A program made the position numbers and the translations under genes. Positions 1-15,700 of a DNA stretch of 64,000 bases are shown here, piece by piece. The notes beneath the pieces are model-generated. The model was given only the letters and a program-made list of their open reading frames with translations. It made no database searches and was not told the origin of the DNA. Source of the DNA: Tubiluchus corallicola. Taxonomy: Eukaryota > Animalia > Priapulida. Every line of letters starts with the position of its first letter. Within the stretch, counting starts at the first letter, position 1. Where the stretch lies: NCBI GenBank assembly GCA_030141605.1, contig JAQGDQ010000004.1, forward strand, positions 372,001 through 436,000, in the 5' to 3' direction.

Positions 1-3000
1 GGCCTTCAGCACGTGCATGCCACACCAACCAATTTTGTATTTTGCTGTTTAAATAAATTGGGTTGTTATACTTTTTTGCTCTATCTGCTAGGCAAATAAT
101 GTTGTAAAATAATTAAAATACCAACATTTATTGGTATGACTCATGTGGAGCTAGTGGATAATCTTAGCAAATTACTTGGCAGATTAAAGCACTTACTGTG
201 TCAATCATTTATTACATCTCCAAAAGATGGCGAGATTTACCAGTGTTTGGGCTTGGCGTAGTATCATATAATAGGAATAGGTGGTTAATTTGAGCGTAGC
301 TGCGTATTAATAATTCCGCAATTGCCTGCTCTAGTGTAGAAAGAAAATGACTTTATTATGCACAAATTGAGCATGTGCGAATCAGGGAGTGAAATTACAA
401 AAAATTGCAACCGCCAAATTGCGTTTCACTGTTAAGATCACTCGAGTGACTCGACATAAAAAAGTGTTCCAAGCATCCTAAATCACCGCAAGCGCGCGTG
501 CTATTTTGAATTTTGATTCTCGTATTTTTAACTGATGCAAGCATTGGCCAGAAAGCCCAGTATATAGCATATACAGCCTGAAAATTTGCTTTTGTATTTT
601 TGATGTCAATCTATTTTTTGATTACTTAACATTAGAATTCCCAGTTTTGCAATACTGAACTTTGCTTTATCGCTTTAACGGTTGCAAATAAGTTGAAGTA
701 ATTGTAACTGATATCGCGCAGAGTGAAGGATATGACCAGATGTCATAAGGATGGTACGTAATTTTATGATGCTGCATCCCATATATGTATGTTTGCGATT
801 AGAAATGTTTGTAACTGTGTTTTATTTGTATTTACCTGGCTTCAACTAAGGTTTCTTGTTATATTTTTTGGCTTTTTGCTTTATTTGTTTTGCTTGCCAT
901 ACAAGGCACATATCTCTTTGCTGTCACTTGCTTAATTTTTTTTGGTTTACTTTGCTTTTATTTGTTCTGCTTTGCTTTGGTTCACTTCAGTTCACTTTAC
1001 ACGATTTGACTATATTTAGTTTTTATTTTACTTTATTTTTTTTACTTTTACTTTATTAATCTACATTTACTTCTTGGCTTATGTTAAAGCTTAGCTTAGC
1101 TTGCTAGCTTATTAGCCTTCTTTGGTTTATCATTATTAAAATTATTAATTGATTTTCGCAACCCCTGCGTTGCTATTATTAATATATGCAATTTTTATCC
1201 GTTCTAAAGTCAAATAACATGACGCTGATAGATTTAGTCTGTCCCGTAGCGAATTTAAAGTTGTAAGCAATGTTGCCAATTTACATGCTGCATTGCCACT
1301 TTTACCAGGCATTGTGCAATTTGCTTCATTTATTTATGAGTTTGTCACTTGTGCAACCTACTTTAATTGCTTATCCGAACTTTTTACGAAGTTTCGCACC
1401 TTAGCTCAAGTTTCGTATTTAAACAGTAGAAGCAACAGGTGTTGAAATTATGAAAATGTTCGTTAAATGTAGGTACGTGCTGCCATCTAGCCTCTACAAT
1501 AAAAATAAATATATGATTAGTATTCTGTTCTAGGATTCTTTCTATACAGGACAGCTTTCGTTCTCCTAGTCGTGTCTGAACTGACTGAACTAAGCCTAAA
1601 CTAGGCTGGCGTGAACTAAGAGCAACACAATTTCACGTAGTTCTTATGTGAATTTAACATCCAAAATGGCCAAAAGCACCCAATTTATTGTGGTTCCCAA
1701 AGGTTACTGCAATTTAAAATTTAAATTAACAGTTATATTACAGTTGGTAACTAATCGAGTAAGCTCAGTACAACCCTGTTCACTGTTTCACTTACATCAA
1801 GTATGACCACTAAATTTATACTTTGCAGGCCACTGATGTGAAAAAATAATCATTACAGCAAACGTCTATTGCATGGTAAGCGTTATCCAGCTACATAAGC
1901 GTGTGTTGTTTCTTGTTAAAGGTCATTTCAACGGCCTTTTCGACCTATGTACCGAAGTTTTTTGTGAACATTGTAGTGATTGCACGTAATTGCCGACTTC
2001 ATGTCGATCATTACAAGCCCTGGGTGCGTCTCAGCACATCTAATCATCTGATGTAATTATTTATTCAAGTATTATCCAAAATTCTCGACGAAATGGCGTG
2101 ATGTGACAACGATTTCCTGCCCCAGACATTATTACGTGATCATAAAACAATCTAATTTAGCATCATTATCCGCAATAGAAGATTGCCGCAGTGCACTGCC
2201 GCTGTTATAACGCATAAGCACCTTCTCAAGTTGTTATCAGGTGAAATACCCAAGGCGTGATCACAGGTAGTTATTTTCTACAGGTAAGTTGCCTCTCTAT
2301 ACCTGTCAGCTTGTCAAACTTACATTGACAGAATACCATTTCAATGCGGCTCCTCCACTCAAGTCTTTTGTGAAAGCTTCCGGTGGCTTTATGTTCATCC
2401 TTACGAATCGTTCTTGCGTTTTTCAACACAGGATAAATCTGATGCGAAGAAAACAATGTCCAGAAAACTGACTGTCATCCTGAATCAACAGTAGATGTCG
2501 TTTTATTCGTCAACTTGTCAACCAATTGTGACATAATCACCAAGACCTGCAAAATTCATGGTCCATTTAATGTTATTACAGCTAACACGTCATGCTAGTG
2601 ATAACTATGATGATTATTGTTCAAATATAAGCACTGGAAGTTCCCAGGTCTCACTGTATTCTATGGATTGTATTCAGTTACTGTTTCGAAAACATTGGTT
2701 TGTAAGACATTGTTGACATACAGGTTGTATAGCGAGCATGGCAAGGTGCATGAGAGAAAAGCACCCCTCCAATCTGTTGTCACGGCAATGATTTATGTGG
2801 GAACCTTCAGCTTTGACACAAAAGCTAGTGTGAGAACATTTTACAATCTTATCTATGCGGCTTGTTTAAGAAAATGCACTTATGATTATTACTATGCTAC
2901 TGTCGCACATTCATTCAAACTTAATTTAAGAGTTAATTGTGTTGATTTTATGCAACTGTACAATCATTACAGAGATTTGTACTGTTTTGCGTAATTCAGG

Positions 3001-3688
3001 TGTACATATAATAGGAAAGAGTTTACAGCAGTAGTGGCGCGACTTACAGAATTGTACTAGTTAAACTAGTAGAAGTGAAACAGGTATCTCTTTAATTTTT
3101 GTAAACTGTATATTTTTAGATACTTCTAAACTGCAGTACCATTTCTTGAATTTTACCAACAACATGCTCTACGATTTTTTGTATAACGTTAAGCTCATTC
3201 ACCGTTTTCCAGTTTCAAGCGCCAAATCTTTCTAAGCCTATTATGCAGAGCTATGTCTAGATAAAATTTGAATGAAATAGAAAATCCGCCGTTAATTTGC
3301 ATTGCTTTATTTTGATTTTCTAACCTGTTTCTGCGCAGGACAAACTTCAGTATTTTACATCAAACTGAATTCGAATAATATGTAAATTATTACAATTGTG
3401 GTTAATTGCTTATTTACAACTCTCATAAATCATGCAACTAAATTTTCGTGGCCATGAGAATTGTAGAACTTTACCACTTGGTCTGTAAGCCCTTCTGAGA
3501 CTATTAAAGTTAATGTTTTTGTAATTTTAAGAAGCTTGTCAAAACGGAGGTTTTCTTAGACTCGCTGCCACTTGCATCAGGCCACTTGCGACCACTTGGT
3601 TTATTGACACTACAAGTTGCAAAGGCTAAAGAGGCAAATGGTTGAGTGGTTGCTATTATACGTTTTACGTACAAATTTTGTGTAAGTG

Positions 3689-3840
<152 letters not shown>

Positions 3841-4433
3841 TAATATACGCATGCAAGCATGAATTACTTCGTAATATTGCGATAAGTTGACTCGATTTTA
3901 TTCAACTGTAATTAAATTAAAAGCCGCCCATTTTATACCTAAATTAATGAGTAAATTGGTAAATTGATCGTTAACAAAAGTTTGCCAAAAAAGACAGATA
4001 AAAGTAGTGACCAAAGTACGAGTTGAGCTTGTTTTCTATATAAACACACAATAAGATGTACTCACTACAAGTTGCATGATTACATGTGCCTCGTTTAAAG
4101 GAACAAGAAAAGGGGTACCTGAAGCAGGTTTCAGAAAAACCGCCTTAAAAAATTATATTACTTTATAGCAATTTTATGCCTATACCGTACTCGCATTGAA
4201 AGGATTTTTTGTTTGTTTTTATTTTAAATTTCCCCTGACACTGTTCCGACCACGCCATTACATGACGCCTCTACGCACAACGTAAATCAGTGGAAGAAAA
4301 GGAAATAGGAAATATTAAACTATGTCTCAAAAACTTTCCATACAAAGTCATGTTACTTAGCATTTCGCTTATCTGCTTGAATGACTATGTAACTAGAAAA
4401 GGAAATTATTTTATTATTTAAATGCTTTCACCA

Positions 4434-4652
<219 letters not shown>

Positions 4653-5933
4653 CACCAATTGGTAAAATGTCGCTGGGTCACCCGCCAGGGTGAGTCACTC
4701 ATTAACCAAAAACGTATTTTTAATCTTATTGATAAAATAGAGTAATTTCAAATTAAACTTAGTTAGCGACATGTACGCTACGAATGCTCTGATTATTTTT
4801 TCAAACTTTACTCAATGTTATTTAAACTTGTTTCAAATGACTTATCGTCAAAGTGGCTGCGTCTAACGGTCATCGCGGGAGTTTAAATTTACGTTTTATA
4901 CAGCGTTACTGCTGACGCAAATCCTATATGCAAAAAGGCAGTAGTATGTAAGTGGTATAAAATTTCAAGACGTTTTTTAAATTTTATGTAAGTGAAGGGT
5001 TTTTTGCGCTGCCTATAACCTCTCGTGATACTTCGGAATCAGCCCAAACCTTATACTGCGTAGGAGTATTAATAAGTGTATAAACATTTTGCCTATATAT
5101 TTAAAGATAATACTCCCACGTAGTGTAATACGTGCGATATCTACACAGCGTAAGCAGTCGTAGTTTCTGTCTAGTTGTAATTATTGGTTGCAACAGAAAT
5201 TTTAAAAACAAGGCGTAGTTACCAAAGCTGTTTCTGTACTACCGTAGGCCAAAGAAAATTAAAATTCGTTCAAAGTTCTCCGGCTGCGAAGTCACGTTTG
5301 AAATCACACTGGCACAGAGAAATAACAACCGCTCCTTATCTGTACATTTAATCGGCTCCTGCAGAAAGCCTCCTGAATTATTGTGGAAGTCAACATGAAC
5401 ATGTGTAACCTTGGGCTATTTCTCGGAAGAGTATTATTTTGACGTACGTTAACAAAATTATGACCTCGTGTATCATCTGAACACACGTTTACAGCTATGC
5501 TGTTTAAATAGTTTAAATGCTCCCACATTCTTCTGCACAAAACAACCCTCATTTAATTTTTCATCCAATTTCTTTTTCGTAATGTCTTTGTGAGAAAGAC
5601 TGGTCACTAGTCACTTAGCGACTGAGCCTCGAGCCTGGTCAATGAAAATCAGTGGATGGTCGCATGAAAAAATGCTTCTGGACGGCTTTATCTATCGCAC
5701 TGTCCAAGGCAATTTGTCTTATTGAAGGCGGGTGTGTCTGGTGTCTGTATTATCAATGAATATGATTCTGTCTTTGAAGGATGCAATAACTTCTCTGCTG
5801 GTTTATTGCCTCATCGTAAACATTTTCGTGAATGAGGCAGGTTCTTCTGGTGAGTGGATCCTGGATTTCTTTATTCTCCTGGATACTGGCTTACGAATGT
5901 GGCCGTGTATTAAAAAATACTAACAAAAAGTAG

Positions 5934-6099
<166 letters not shown>

Positions 6100-6794
6100 G
6101 CTTGTCCGCTCTCTTCTTTCTCGCTCTCTTAATTTTTCTCAGTCCGTAATGGATGTGAAAATAATTTTGTAAACCGCAATACGTCCTGGTATCCCACTTC
6201 TAATTCTGGTAAACAAACTTTTTTCACAAAACCAACAAAAGCAAGATGAAGAGTGCACCTAGGCTGTTAGCCATGCGTAACGTAACGCCGCCATTGCCAG
6301 GTTGACCTGTAAACGTTCATAACTCAACTGCTGTTTTATACGTGCAAACGGTACTATTAGTACTTGTCAAGCGTGGTATCGTGCACAGAGTACCCAGCAG
6401 AGCTGATTCATTGTGGACAAAATATTATGCAAATTTTGCTTGTTAAATTTCCAGTTAGACAGTTGATGAGTCGACTCTGAGTTTCAAACCAAAGCTAGGA
6501 CAGACAGGTGATTGATTAGAGCGTGCTTAGTCTCTGGTGTTGAACAGCAAGTGAATACAGGTGTTTTGCAGTTTCGGTAAACGTGGAAATCCTTCATATT
6601 GAATATTGAGTCAACGGAATTTTTGTTTTAACTGCACCCTTGCTGTTTTGTTTTGTAATCGATGACAGTTATGATTTTCAAGTATTTAAATCTTATTATT
6701 CGGTGGGAAGTTTTAGACTAAATCTCTTCGCCTACTGTATCTACTTGACGTTAACCTATTTAAAGAAGGTGTTTGCTCTCGTTTGTTGCTTATA

Positions 6795-9700
6795 ATGGCG
6801 ATGATGTTGATACCGCTGTTGGTATTAACGCTCCTATGCTCTTCTCTGGCTATACCGAAGCAAACTATTGACGCTGTAGTCGCGGAGACTCAGGATGACG
6901 GTGCTGGTAGTGACACTGATCAGTGGAGACCAAACTTTTCAAGAATTAAACCTGAAGACCAAAGTAAGTTCGTGTAATGCTTATTATGTCCAGTTTTTCC
7001 TCAGTTCAGCTGATTATTTTTATTGCATTTGATGATTATCAGCGTTGTTAAAAGATTATAAGAATAAGGTTTATATGCGTCTGTTTTCGCACCATAAAGT
7101 ATTTTACAGGGGCCTCGAGCGAAACTCGGGAGCGAAGAAGAATTCATGAAATGTTGTATTGCCAAAACTACTGTTACTTTTACGCCATAATTCGTTTTTA
7201 TTCTGACGTGAATTTTTTTTATTTGACCTGCATTAAGTGAATTGATCCGAAGTGAACGTCAGCTGTATGGTGCCACTACTCATTAGTGGTTGTACAGCTA
7301 CTATAGTTTATATTACGTGATGCTAAAATTTAATTGTAATACCTTTTGAAAGACCTGTAATTTATACAGACGATGGGTAAACAATGTAAATACATAATAA
7401 ACCAACATATTCTGATAATACTGTATTTAACTTGTAGAGTCGATAAGATTTAATAATCTTTTATTTCAATAATTTCGTCATGTCACATCAAATTAATCAG
7501 ATATTCTTCAAGATATTACAGTACTCATTTAACTACATTAAGTCTTTAACAATAAGTCGACGTATTTTCTGAAAATTGTCTTCACGTCGGGTAATTTAAA
7601 CGACAGTTGACACTGTCAGCCCACAGCACCCCCGCCTCCCCGCCGCCGCCAATTGTTACTACCATAGACGTGCCATTCCTTCTTCTATCTCGGCACTTAT
7701 TATGTGTACTTGGGCACATCACCTTTACCGGCTTGAAAATGTAAGATTCTGGGACTGGAAATACCGTGACTTTGCCATGATTGTTTACAATCACGCAGTG
7801 GCAATATTTAGCTTTTGGAATCAGTAGCATTTCATTTCCTTTGCCTAGTATTGTTCACTTTGGCCATTGTCCGTCACTAACAACTGGCCACTGCTGACCA
7901 GCCTACTGATAGTAGTTTGGTTATTGTCTGCCGTAATAATGGAATGAACTGACAGGGATATAATTACATGGGAAAGGCGGAACTCTTTGATACTTAATGA
8001 AATAATTAGACCAGATTCCTGCAGTAACTGGTGTATTCTTTAGCCTGCTTTCGCTGTTCTGTTGCTGGATGGACAATGCGTCCATCGCTAAATATGTACT
8101 GTATAAAATAATTTAGACTTGGAAATAATTTAGAAATCGGCATGCAGCTGTTATAGAGCTCTGTAATCAAATTAGTGCTTATATTTCTTGTTGAATAAAA
8201 GGTTGCCATATAATTCAGAATTTTTTTCGCATTGATTTTAAATGTACTAATTTTCTATTTTTTGCGTTTTTAGCTAAATGCTAATTTTCCGTTTTTTACA
8301 TTTAAATGCAGAGTGTACAAATCCAAGGTTAACATGGATTACAGTCTCTAGTTACAAAAGTAACAAAACAAAATGTCATTCACAACTTTGAAACTTTATT
8401 GCTAGGGTCCTGCTTTGCTTTTATACTATTGATTATAATTATAGGTTTTATTACTGCTTTATTTTCGTGGCGCATTGCTTTTCCATAAACGTGATTACCG
8501 CGCGGAAATAACAAACATTTTTATGTGAAAGACGATAGAATCTTTGTACTGAAGTTTTAGTGAGAACAGATTAGCCGCGTTGTTTTTCTTTTTGTCTTTT
8601 TTCAGCATTAAATCATAGATTAAATTTATCTTACAGTTGATTAATTTTGAAAACCCAAATACGTTATATGCCTACATGAATTTAATTGTAATTGAATTTT
8701 AAATGTTCTTCCAACTTCAAAGTTAGTCTAATTTGCAAAATTCCTCGTTTTGTAATTTTGAAAGATTGTGTACAAGAAGCCCACCCCCATAAGTCACAGT
8801 TCTTTCACTGATCCTCAATAGACCTTCTTTTTGGGTCTTTTCCAGTGTAGAAGCTCACTCAGCTCAGTAACAACTTGGGGTGTTAGAAATACACCTGTTG
8901 TGTGTTATGTGTCACGGTAGGGTAGGTTTCGTTTTGAAATTAATAAAACCAGGTGATTCGACGAGGACTCCGACTCAATTAGCAAGGACTCGACTGCATC
9001 ATATCATCGTCTATTTGTTGACCTTGGTGTAACTCGCCAAGTTGCTATTGTTTAAATGTGTCTATAGACTGATTACTGAAAAACCTGTCTGGTTTACACC
9101 TGCTCTAAAAAGTCTAAATGCATAAATGGTGCTGTAGTCTTGCCGTATAAGTCTAATATTTAACGGACTAATACTAGTATGTGATTACGAATCGCTTACG
9201 AATTAGTGTAGAGAGATATGGGCTGTATACTGTTAAATTGACATAGCGTGTAGTATACATGTATATTCGTTTCAGAAATTGTTTTAGCGACGAATTTCAG
9301 CGGTGCGCAGTAAAAATCGCACTGGTAAAATGACACAGGAAAAAAATGGCACAAATGGGAAAGTATGTGAAAATCACACAAGTGGAAAAGTAACAAAAAT
9401 TACACATAATGCTATTTTGATGCAATTGATTTGATTTCTATAATAAAACTAGAATACGCTGAGCAGAAAGCAGATCTCTGTCAAAGCCGAACAATCCTAA
9501 ACTTATTCGTCTGACTCTTTTGATTCAGAAAATTTAACACAAACATAAATAAGCAAAACATACAAAAGTGTACATCTATTGGTATTATATAGTCTAGCAA
9601 AACACTCAAAAAGTATTTACTCATAACACGGATTTATAATCAATAATACAGGAATGTTCCACATAGTGTTCATCTACCTTTTTAAGCATTAATTTTGGTG

Positions 9701-12700
9701 ATAAAAATAGACGACAAATATATACCCATTTACACGTCAAGTCACCTTAAAAGGCTATACGCATTAATAAGCAAAGGTTATAGATAGCATTGCACAGCTT
9801 TAAGTGAAAATTTCACAAAATGGAACCGGAACTAACTCGTACTTGTTTGTCCAGGTGGAGATAACAAAATGAAATGCTAAACACTCCCTCCTGTACCTTT
9901 ACGACGTTTTTTCACGAATGTTTTTTTTTTTTTGTATGTGGTGTTCGGTGAAGTTTTGTGAAAAGGCAACCGTCGAAAAGATTCCCATTTTGGCACCTTA
10001 CCCATCTTTCTTCACAAAGTATCTTGAAAATCTGTTAGATAGTTTTCATGTAATAGGCACTGCCATAACAAACTAAAAACAGCCAAGCATTCAGACAAAC
10101 AAACTATGTTGAAGTATAACTTCTTCGGCAAAGGTATACATATTTTGTTAGGTGTGCCATTTTTTCCTGTGATATTTTTACTTGTGCCATTTTTACTTAC
10201 GTTCAATCTTAGCACATCAGCAAAGCATCACCCTGTATTCATTTTTATTGTTGGTTATTTCTGTACCACTTAGTTTGGTATGTTTTGTTTACAGTATGCC
10301 CAGGGACTAATCTAAAATTGACGAAGAAAGACAAACCCGAGGAACATTATCGGTTTCTACGAAAGCAGTTTGAGAATTGTACCTTTGTGAATGGAAATCT
10401 TGAAATCACCTTCCTAGAAAATCCAGACCTAGATCTTACCTTTCTTCAGCATATACGAGAAGTAACGGGTTATGTACTGATTGTTTTCAACTATGTCTCA
10501 CATATACCTCTTCATAATTTACAGGTAAGTTTCTGATTAATTAGGGTGCAAGTGGTGTTGCTTTAATGAAACCTAGAATCACATAAAATTATCAGTGCGT
10601 GTGCGATGATAGAAGTTTAACATGGTTTTCAATTATTGAAAGTATATTTAAATTACAAACATAAAAACATCATTCAAAGCCTTGCCATTTTTATTCTAGA
10701 TGGCATTGGAATTATTCAATGCAACCACAAATATGAAGGACCACATATAAGCTCTAATCGAATGATCATGTATTGATGTAGTGCAAGAGCAAACTTTTTC
10801 ACATTTGTACCAGATTTTCATTTAAAAAAATGAATTGCATCCCTAATTCAATTTGAAATGAAATTAAGCTAAAAAAGTAAAAGGTAGACTTATGAAACTT
10901 TATGAAAATGTGTCATTACTTTTACTTTCATACTGGATAGCTTTACTATAAACTAAGTTATTTAGTATGATTTATTTTAAGTGTTGACACAAAACACAGT
11001 GCAACAGATGTGCTTTTGTGAAGTGCAAACATGGCAACTTATAGGCATAACCAGCCGCAAACTTCCAAATTTTACTTTAGACGTTATTATTGACTTAGCA
11101 TTGTTGGAAGGTAAAATTTTTATAATGGACTCTAAATTTAACGTAAAGTCTCATAATTTGCGTTTAATTATTATGGAGAATTAATGTTAATTACAGAGCA
11201 TCAACTCTAGTCTTTTATGTTGGAAATGAGTAAGCTATTGGTGCTTTTGATAATAATCACGAATTGTTTTAAATGGTGTATCTATCTTTTGCACCACCAA
11301 GCAGTTACTGATTCACAAAAAACTCATGAAAAATTAGGCGGAAATTGTCTGTTCCTGTGCTAATCATTATTAAGCATTCTTCGATACCAATTGTAGACAC
11401 TAGTATGACTAACATAACTATATAGGCTAGGTATAATTCATTAATTACCAGACCGTCTCGGATCTGTGCATTTTCTCTATCTGTGACCTCGCTAAGGTCA
11501 TAGATTGGAATCAGAATGATTAAAATGTGCTCATCGGCGCCAGGGTTCTATGCACAGTGTCTAATATATTATACCAAACGGAAACAATAAATTTGCGAGG
11601 CTACTTTTACTGGATAACTGCCGAGTCCACTAGCGACTGTATGACTAATTCTCATCCTTTAATAATGTTGATTCACTAGGCTGCTCTTGGCGAAAACTGG
11701 TTTGAAACCAAATCGACGGTTATTATCTTTGGGCACAAGCAACACTGGTGATGCGCACCCTATTGTATATTTAGGTGGATGTTGGACTAGGCACGGAGGG
11801 GGCAAATTTCCAGCTTTAGATAGCAAAATGTGCTCGACGCCCACTGACTAGCAGTGGAGGCTTAGTACCATTCTTAAAGTAATTTAGTAGATTTGTAATT
11901 AGTATTATTAATTGGATAACACTTAATAAACTATTAGTTATTCCCTAAGTGGTCCACAAAGTAAAATAAAAGCAGAAACATCTTACAATGCAAACATTAA
12001 AAATACCAAGTAGTAAAATTCATTTTAGAAATCGCCAAATTATTTAATTAAAACAAAACTTTAATTATTCATAAATCATGCAGAATAGACTAAATAAACA
12101 AAATATACACAACTATACATAATCCGTACACATTAATAAAAATTTCCAGTAAAAGAGAAAACACAGTGTAGTTTTGAAGTCTTCTTAGTCTATATGGACT
12201 TCTTAGTATGTATATGTATTTGGCAAATCGCAACTTAAAAGCAGTGACGTTGCTGGGACGGTCACTTCTTTCGCAGTACTATTGGATGTGTACAATTAGG
12301 CCCTACATTTTTAAAGTTAGTTGTGTAGACTTAAGTCTTAAAATAATACTTTTATTTTGGTTTTTTATAAAACCGATTTTGTAGAATTTTGTTTTCAACA
12401 GTTTACATTTTCATTTTTTGTGTTTCAAACCTAGTTGTTCATCGAACTTTACGGAAATTCAAGTTCAACTTTACGCAAGTATCCAACAAAATTGAATATG
12501 GATCAAATTTATTTTTGAATAACACCGTGCACGTAACGAAAATTGTAGTGTCGTTATAGCTATTATAAAAAACTGATGGACATGGATGGTACTAATAAAG
12601 AATATTAGACCTACACGATACAGTCCATGAAAAGTGAAAAAACTGAAAGAACCCAAACTAAATTCAAATATCGCCTAGATACAGCATTATGGTCATCAGG

Positions 12701-15700
12701 TTCGACATGATAGATCTCAAAGCGCATTTTAAACAGACAGGGGATCAGAAATATTCTTTATGTCATGTAGCAGAGGATACTACTGAACACCTTTTTGAAT
12801 GTAAGATAGGATACTATTTTGAAATTTAGTTGATTGTGTCGTTGAGCACGCAAACATACACCTTTTATTAATGTCTCGTTGCTCATCACTGATGGTGAAA
12901 AAGATCGACACACCATGTAAATGATAGGATTTTAGGTTAACTTGAAATTTTATTGTTTAAATTTAATTCGTCCACATGTTTCTTATATTTTTATGGGACT
13001 GGTTCGGAATATAAATGATAAAGATGTCACTTTTGATGTATTGCTTAGTGCCCTTTCGATACTTTTGATGTATTGCTCACGTGCAGATTCCAATTAATTT
13101 TAATAGTGATTTTGTCTGCATGCCCACTGTCTACAATAGATGTAATGAGCACTTTAATGATTTGATGTTTTTACTTTCTTGCTTGTTTGTTATGAACAAC
13201 TGCCATTATATAATGTCAATACTATTTTTTATACTAATATAATTTATTGTAAATGTATAAGCATGGCAGTAAAAAAATATCACTTTTTAAAATATGTTAA
13301 AGAAATGTTCTGACTTTGCTCAATTTTTAGGTCATTCGTGGTCAGGACCTCTATGAGCATCCCAACCAAGGGCAAAGTGGCGGGAGGAAATTAGATGATC
13401 AATATAGTTTGTACGTGGCTTTGAACTCTGATCATGCAAAACCTGGTGTAGGACTTAAAACTCTTGGGTTTGAAAAATTAGGAGGTAAGAGGAACTATAA
13501 TAATTTGAAATGGTAAACTCATTGTTTTAATTTTTGAGAGAAGTTTGCCCTTCTGGTGTCATTGCAATTTAAAAATTTAAGGTGATCTAAGTTTACATAA
13601 CCCTCACTAAATGGCATAACACTGCATCTGAATAAGTAGTATTCATAAACTTAACAATAACAATTTGAGTAAGTATCAGTGTCACACAGTTTACCATTCT
13701 CATGTTTATATATATATCACTGCCATCTGAACATTATTTTTTCTGTTTACAGAAATTTTGAATGGAAATGTTTCATTTGTTAACAATCCTTACCTATGCC
13801 ATGTGGATTCGATTGTTTGGCAGGATATTATTACTGGTCGTCTAGCCACTTATTCTGAAAAATTCTCTCAGGGACCCAATTGTAAGTTTTTTAATACTTA
13901 TATACCAAAAGTATCATCACTTTAAATAATCATATATGGACATGGTACTTATTTGGAGTCTTTTTTATAAGAAAATAAAGTACTAGTTTGCTAATGTTTT
14001 AGTAGATGAAGACTCATTTAATGCAATCTAAGGATCCACATGCTCAGTTATATAAAATTAAATTTTCTTCACAAAATTATTTTCACAACTGTAAAGCATA
14101 TCTTTCCATCTGATTGTAAGTCACGAAAACACATTCTCTTTTTTTCATATGCTATATGATAGCCAATTGCTGCACTACACACAACAGATGTCACTATGTT
14201 TTATCTTCATTCCTAATTTTTTACTCTTATTTGCTAATACTGAGGTAAAAATTTTTTAGTAAGATTAATTTCGACATATTTTGTTCATTTTGTGACTGAA
14301 GTCTTGTTTCTTGTTGTGCATACACAGTGAGGAGAAAGCGAAAGTTTAAATGTAAGTGAAAGTTGTCATGTTATGTGTTCATTATACTTGAAAATTTATG
14401 CTGTCTTATTATCACTATATTGTACCAGATTAATTATAATCACTATTACATCTTACAACTTTATGTTTTAATATTTATAGATTCTACCTACAATTATTAT
14501 TTGCATGCCACTGTAGTTACTTTTACTTCAGAAATAACTACCCAGTTTTCTGCAGTTCTCTATGTTGATTTAATTTATGTAATTTTTGCCTTAAATTTTT
14601 TTTGTATTTTCACATCTGGCGAAGCTTTGTGTAAATGCTACTTACAGTTATGAAATATTAAAAAAATGTGAGACTTGTGAATATTTGCAAAGATTTTATG
14701 TGCATTTTGACTCTAAGTTCTTTATATTAAAAATGACCTTTATTGGCATTGTAACTCTTCTGTATTATAATGATCATAACAAGCAGGTATGATACTGCAG
14801 CGCTCCTGAAAATGATAATAGGCCTAAGACTAAAATAAAATACTTGTACTGCGCTACTGTATCTCAGTTCGTCTTGTTCACCTTCTACTACAAATAGGTG
14901 AATTTTTTCTTCATGTTCATTGAAAAGATTTTTCAACTAATACTACTCTAATTTGTGTAGGCCCAGCCTGTCATCCAGACTGCAAAGGTCACTGCTGGGG
15001 GCCAGAAGCCGACAAGTGCCAAAAACTGACCAAACTCGAATGCAGCGAGCAGTGCAGTAATGGCCGTTGTTTTGGTCCAAATCCTCGAGATTGTTGCCAT
15101 CAATCGTGTGCAGCTGGCTGCACTGGTCCATTAAACACCGACTGCTTTGTAAGTGATAGTCATAATTAGGTACTACTTTCTACTTAGGTAACAATTGATG
15201 CACAGTGTTTTGATGCACTTTGTGAGAAAACAAATATCTCCTAAGCTTTAGACATTGACATCATATTGTAGGCATAATGCTGTGTACACGCTACCTCCTA
15301 CATCACTTTTTTACATAATGTTAACTTTTACATATATTTTTTGCCTACACGTCTATTGCTAAATAATAAGTTATATAAACGGTCATCATGCACGTATTAT
15401 GCCAGTTAATTGCATTTTGCTACAAGACACTTTACATTTGGAACGAAAATTTATCACCCATTTTACATCTGATGTTGCATATTTTTGCACTCAGCATGCT
15501 ATATAATATTTTGAGCCTATTTTATTTTGCTATTCAGCATAATCAAGTGATGTAGCTGGGGGGGGGGGCAAAGGGGTCGGTCCACCCCAGCCGGCTCACA
15601 CTTGAATCGCGTAAAATTGGGAAAGTTGAACGAAGTTAAATTTCTGATTGCCGACTGTCAATAATCCTCACAATTTTTTAATGAAGACCATTGATGCTGC

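Noticed and set aside
856-2994. Short ORFs upstream of EGFR, including the hydrophobic 67-aa and the 125-aa ORFs
   Set aside because: T-rich low complexity or random-like peptides, non-ATG starts, no splice-consistent model.
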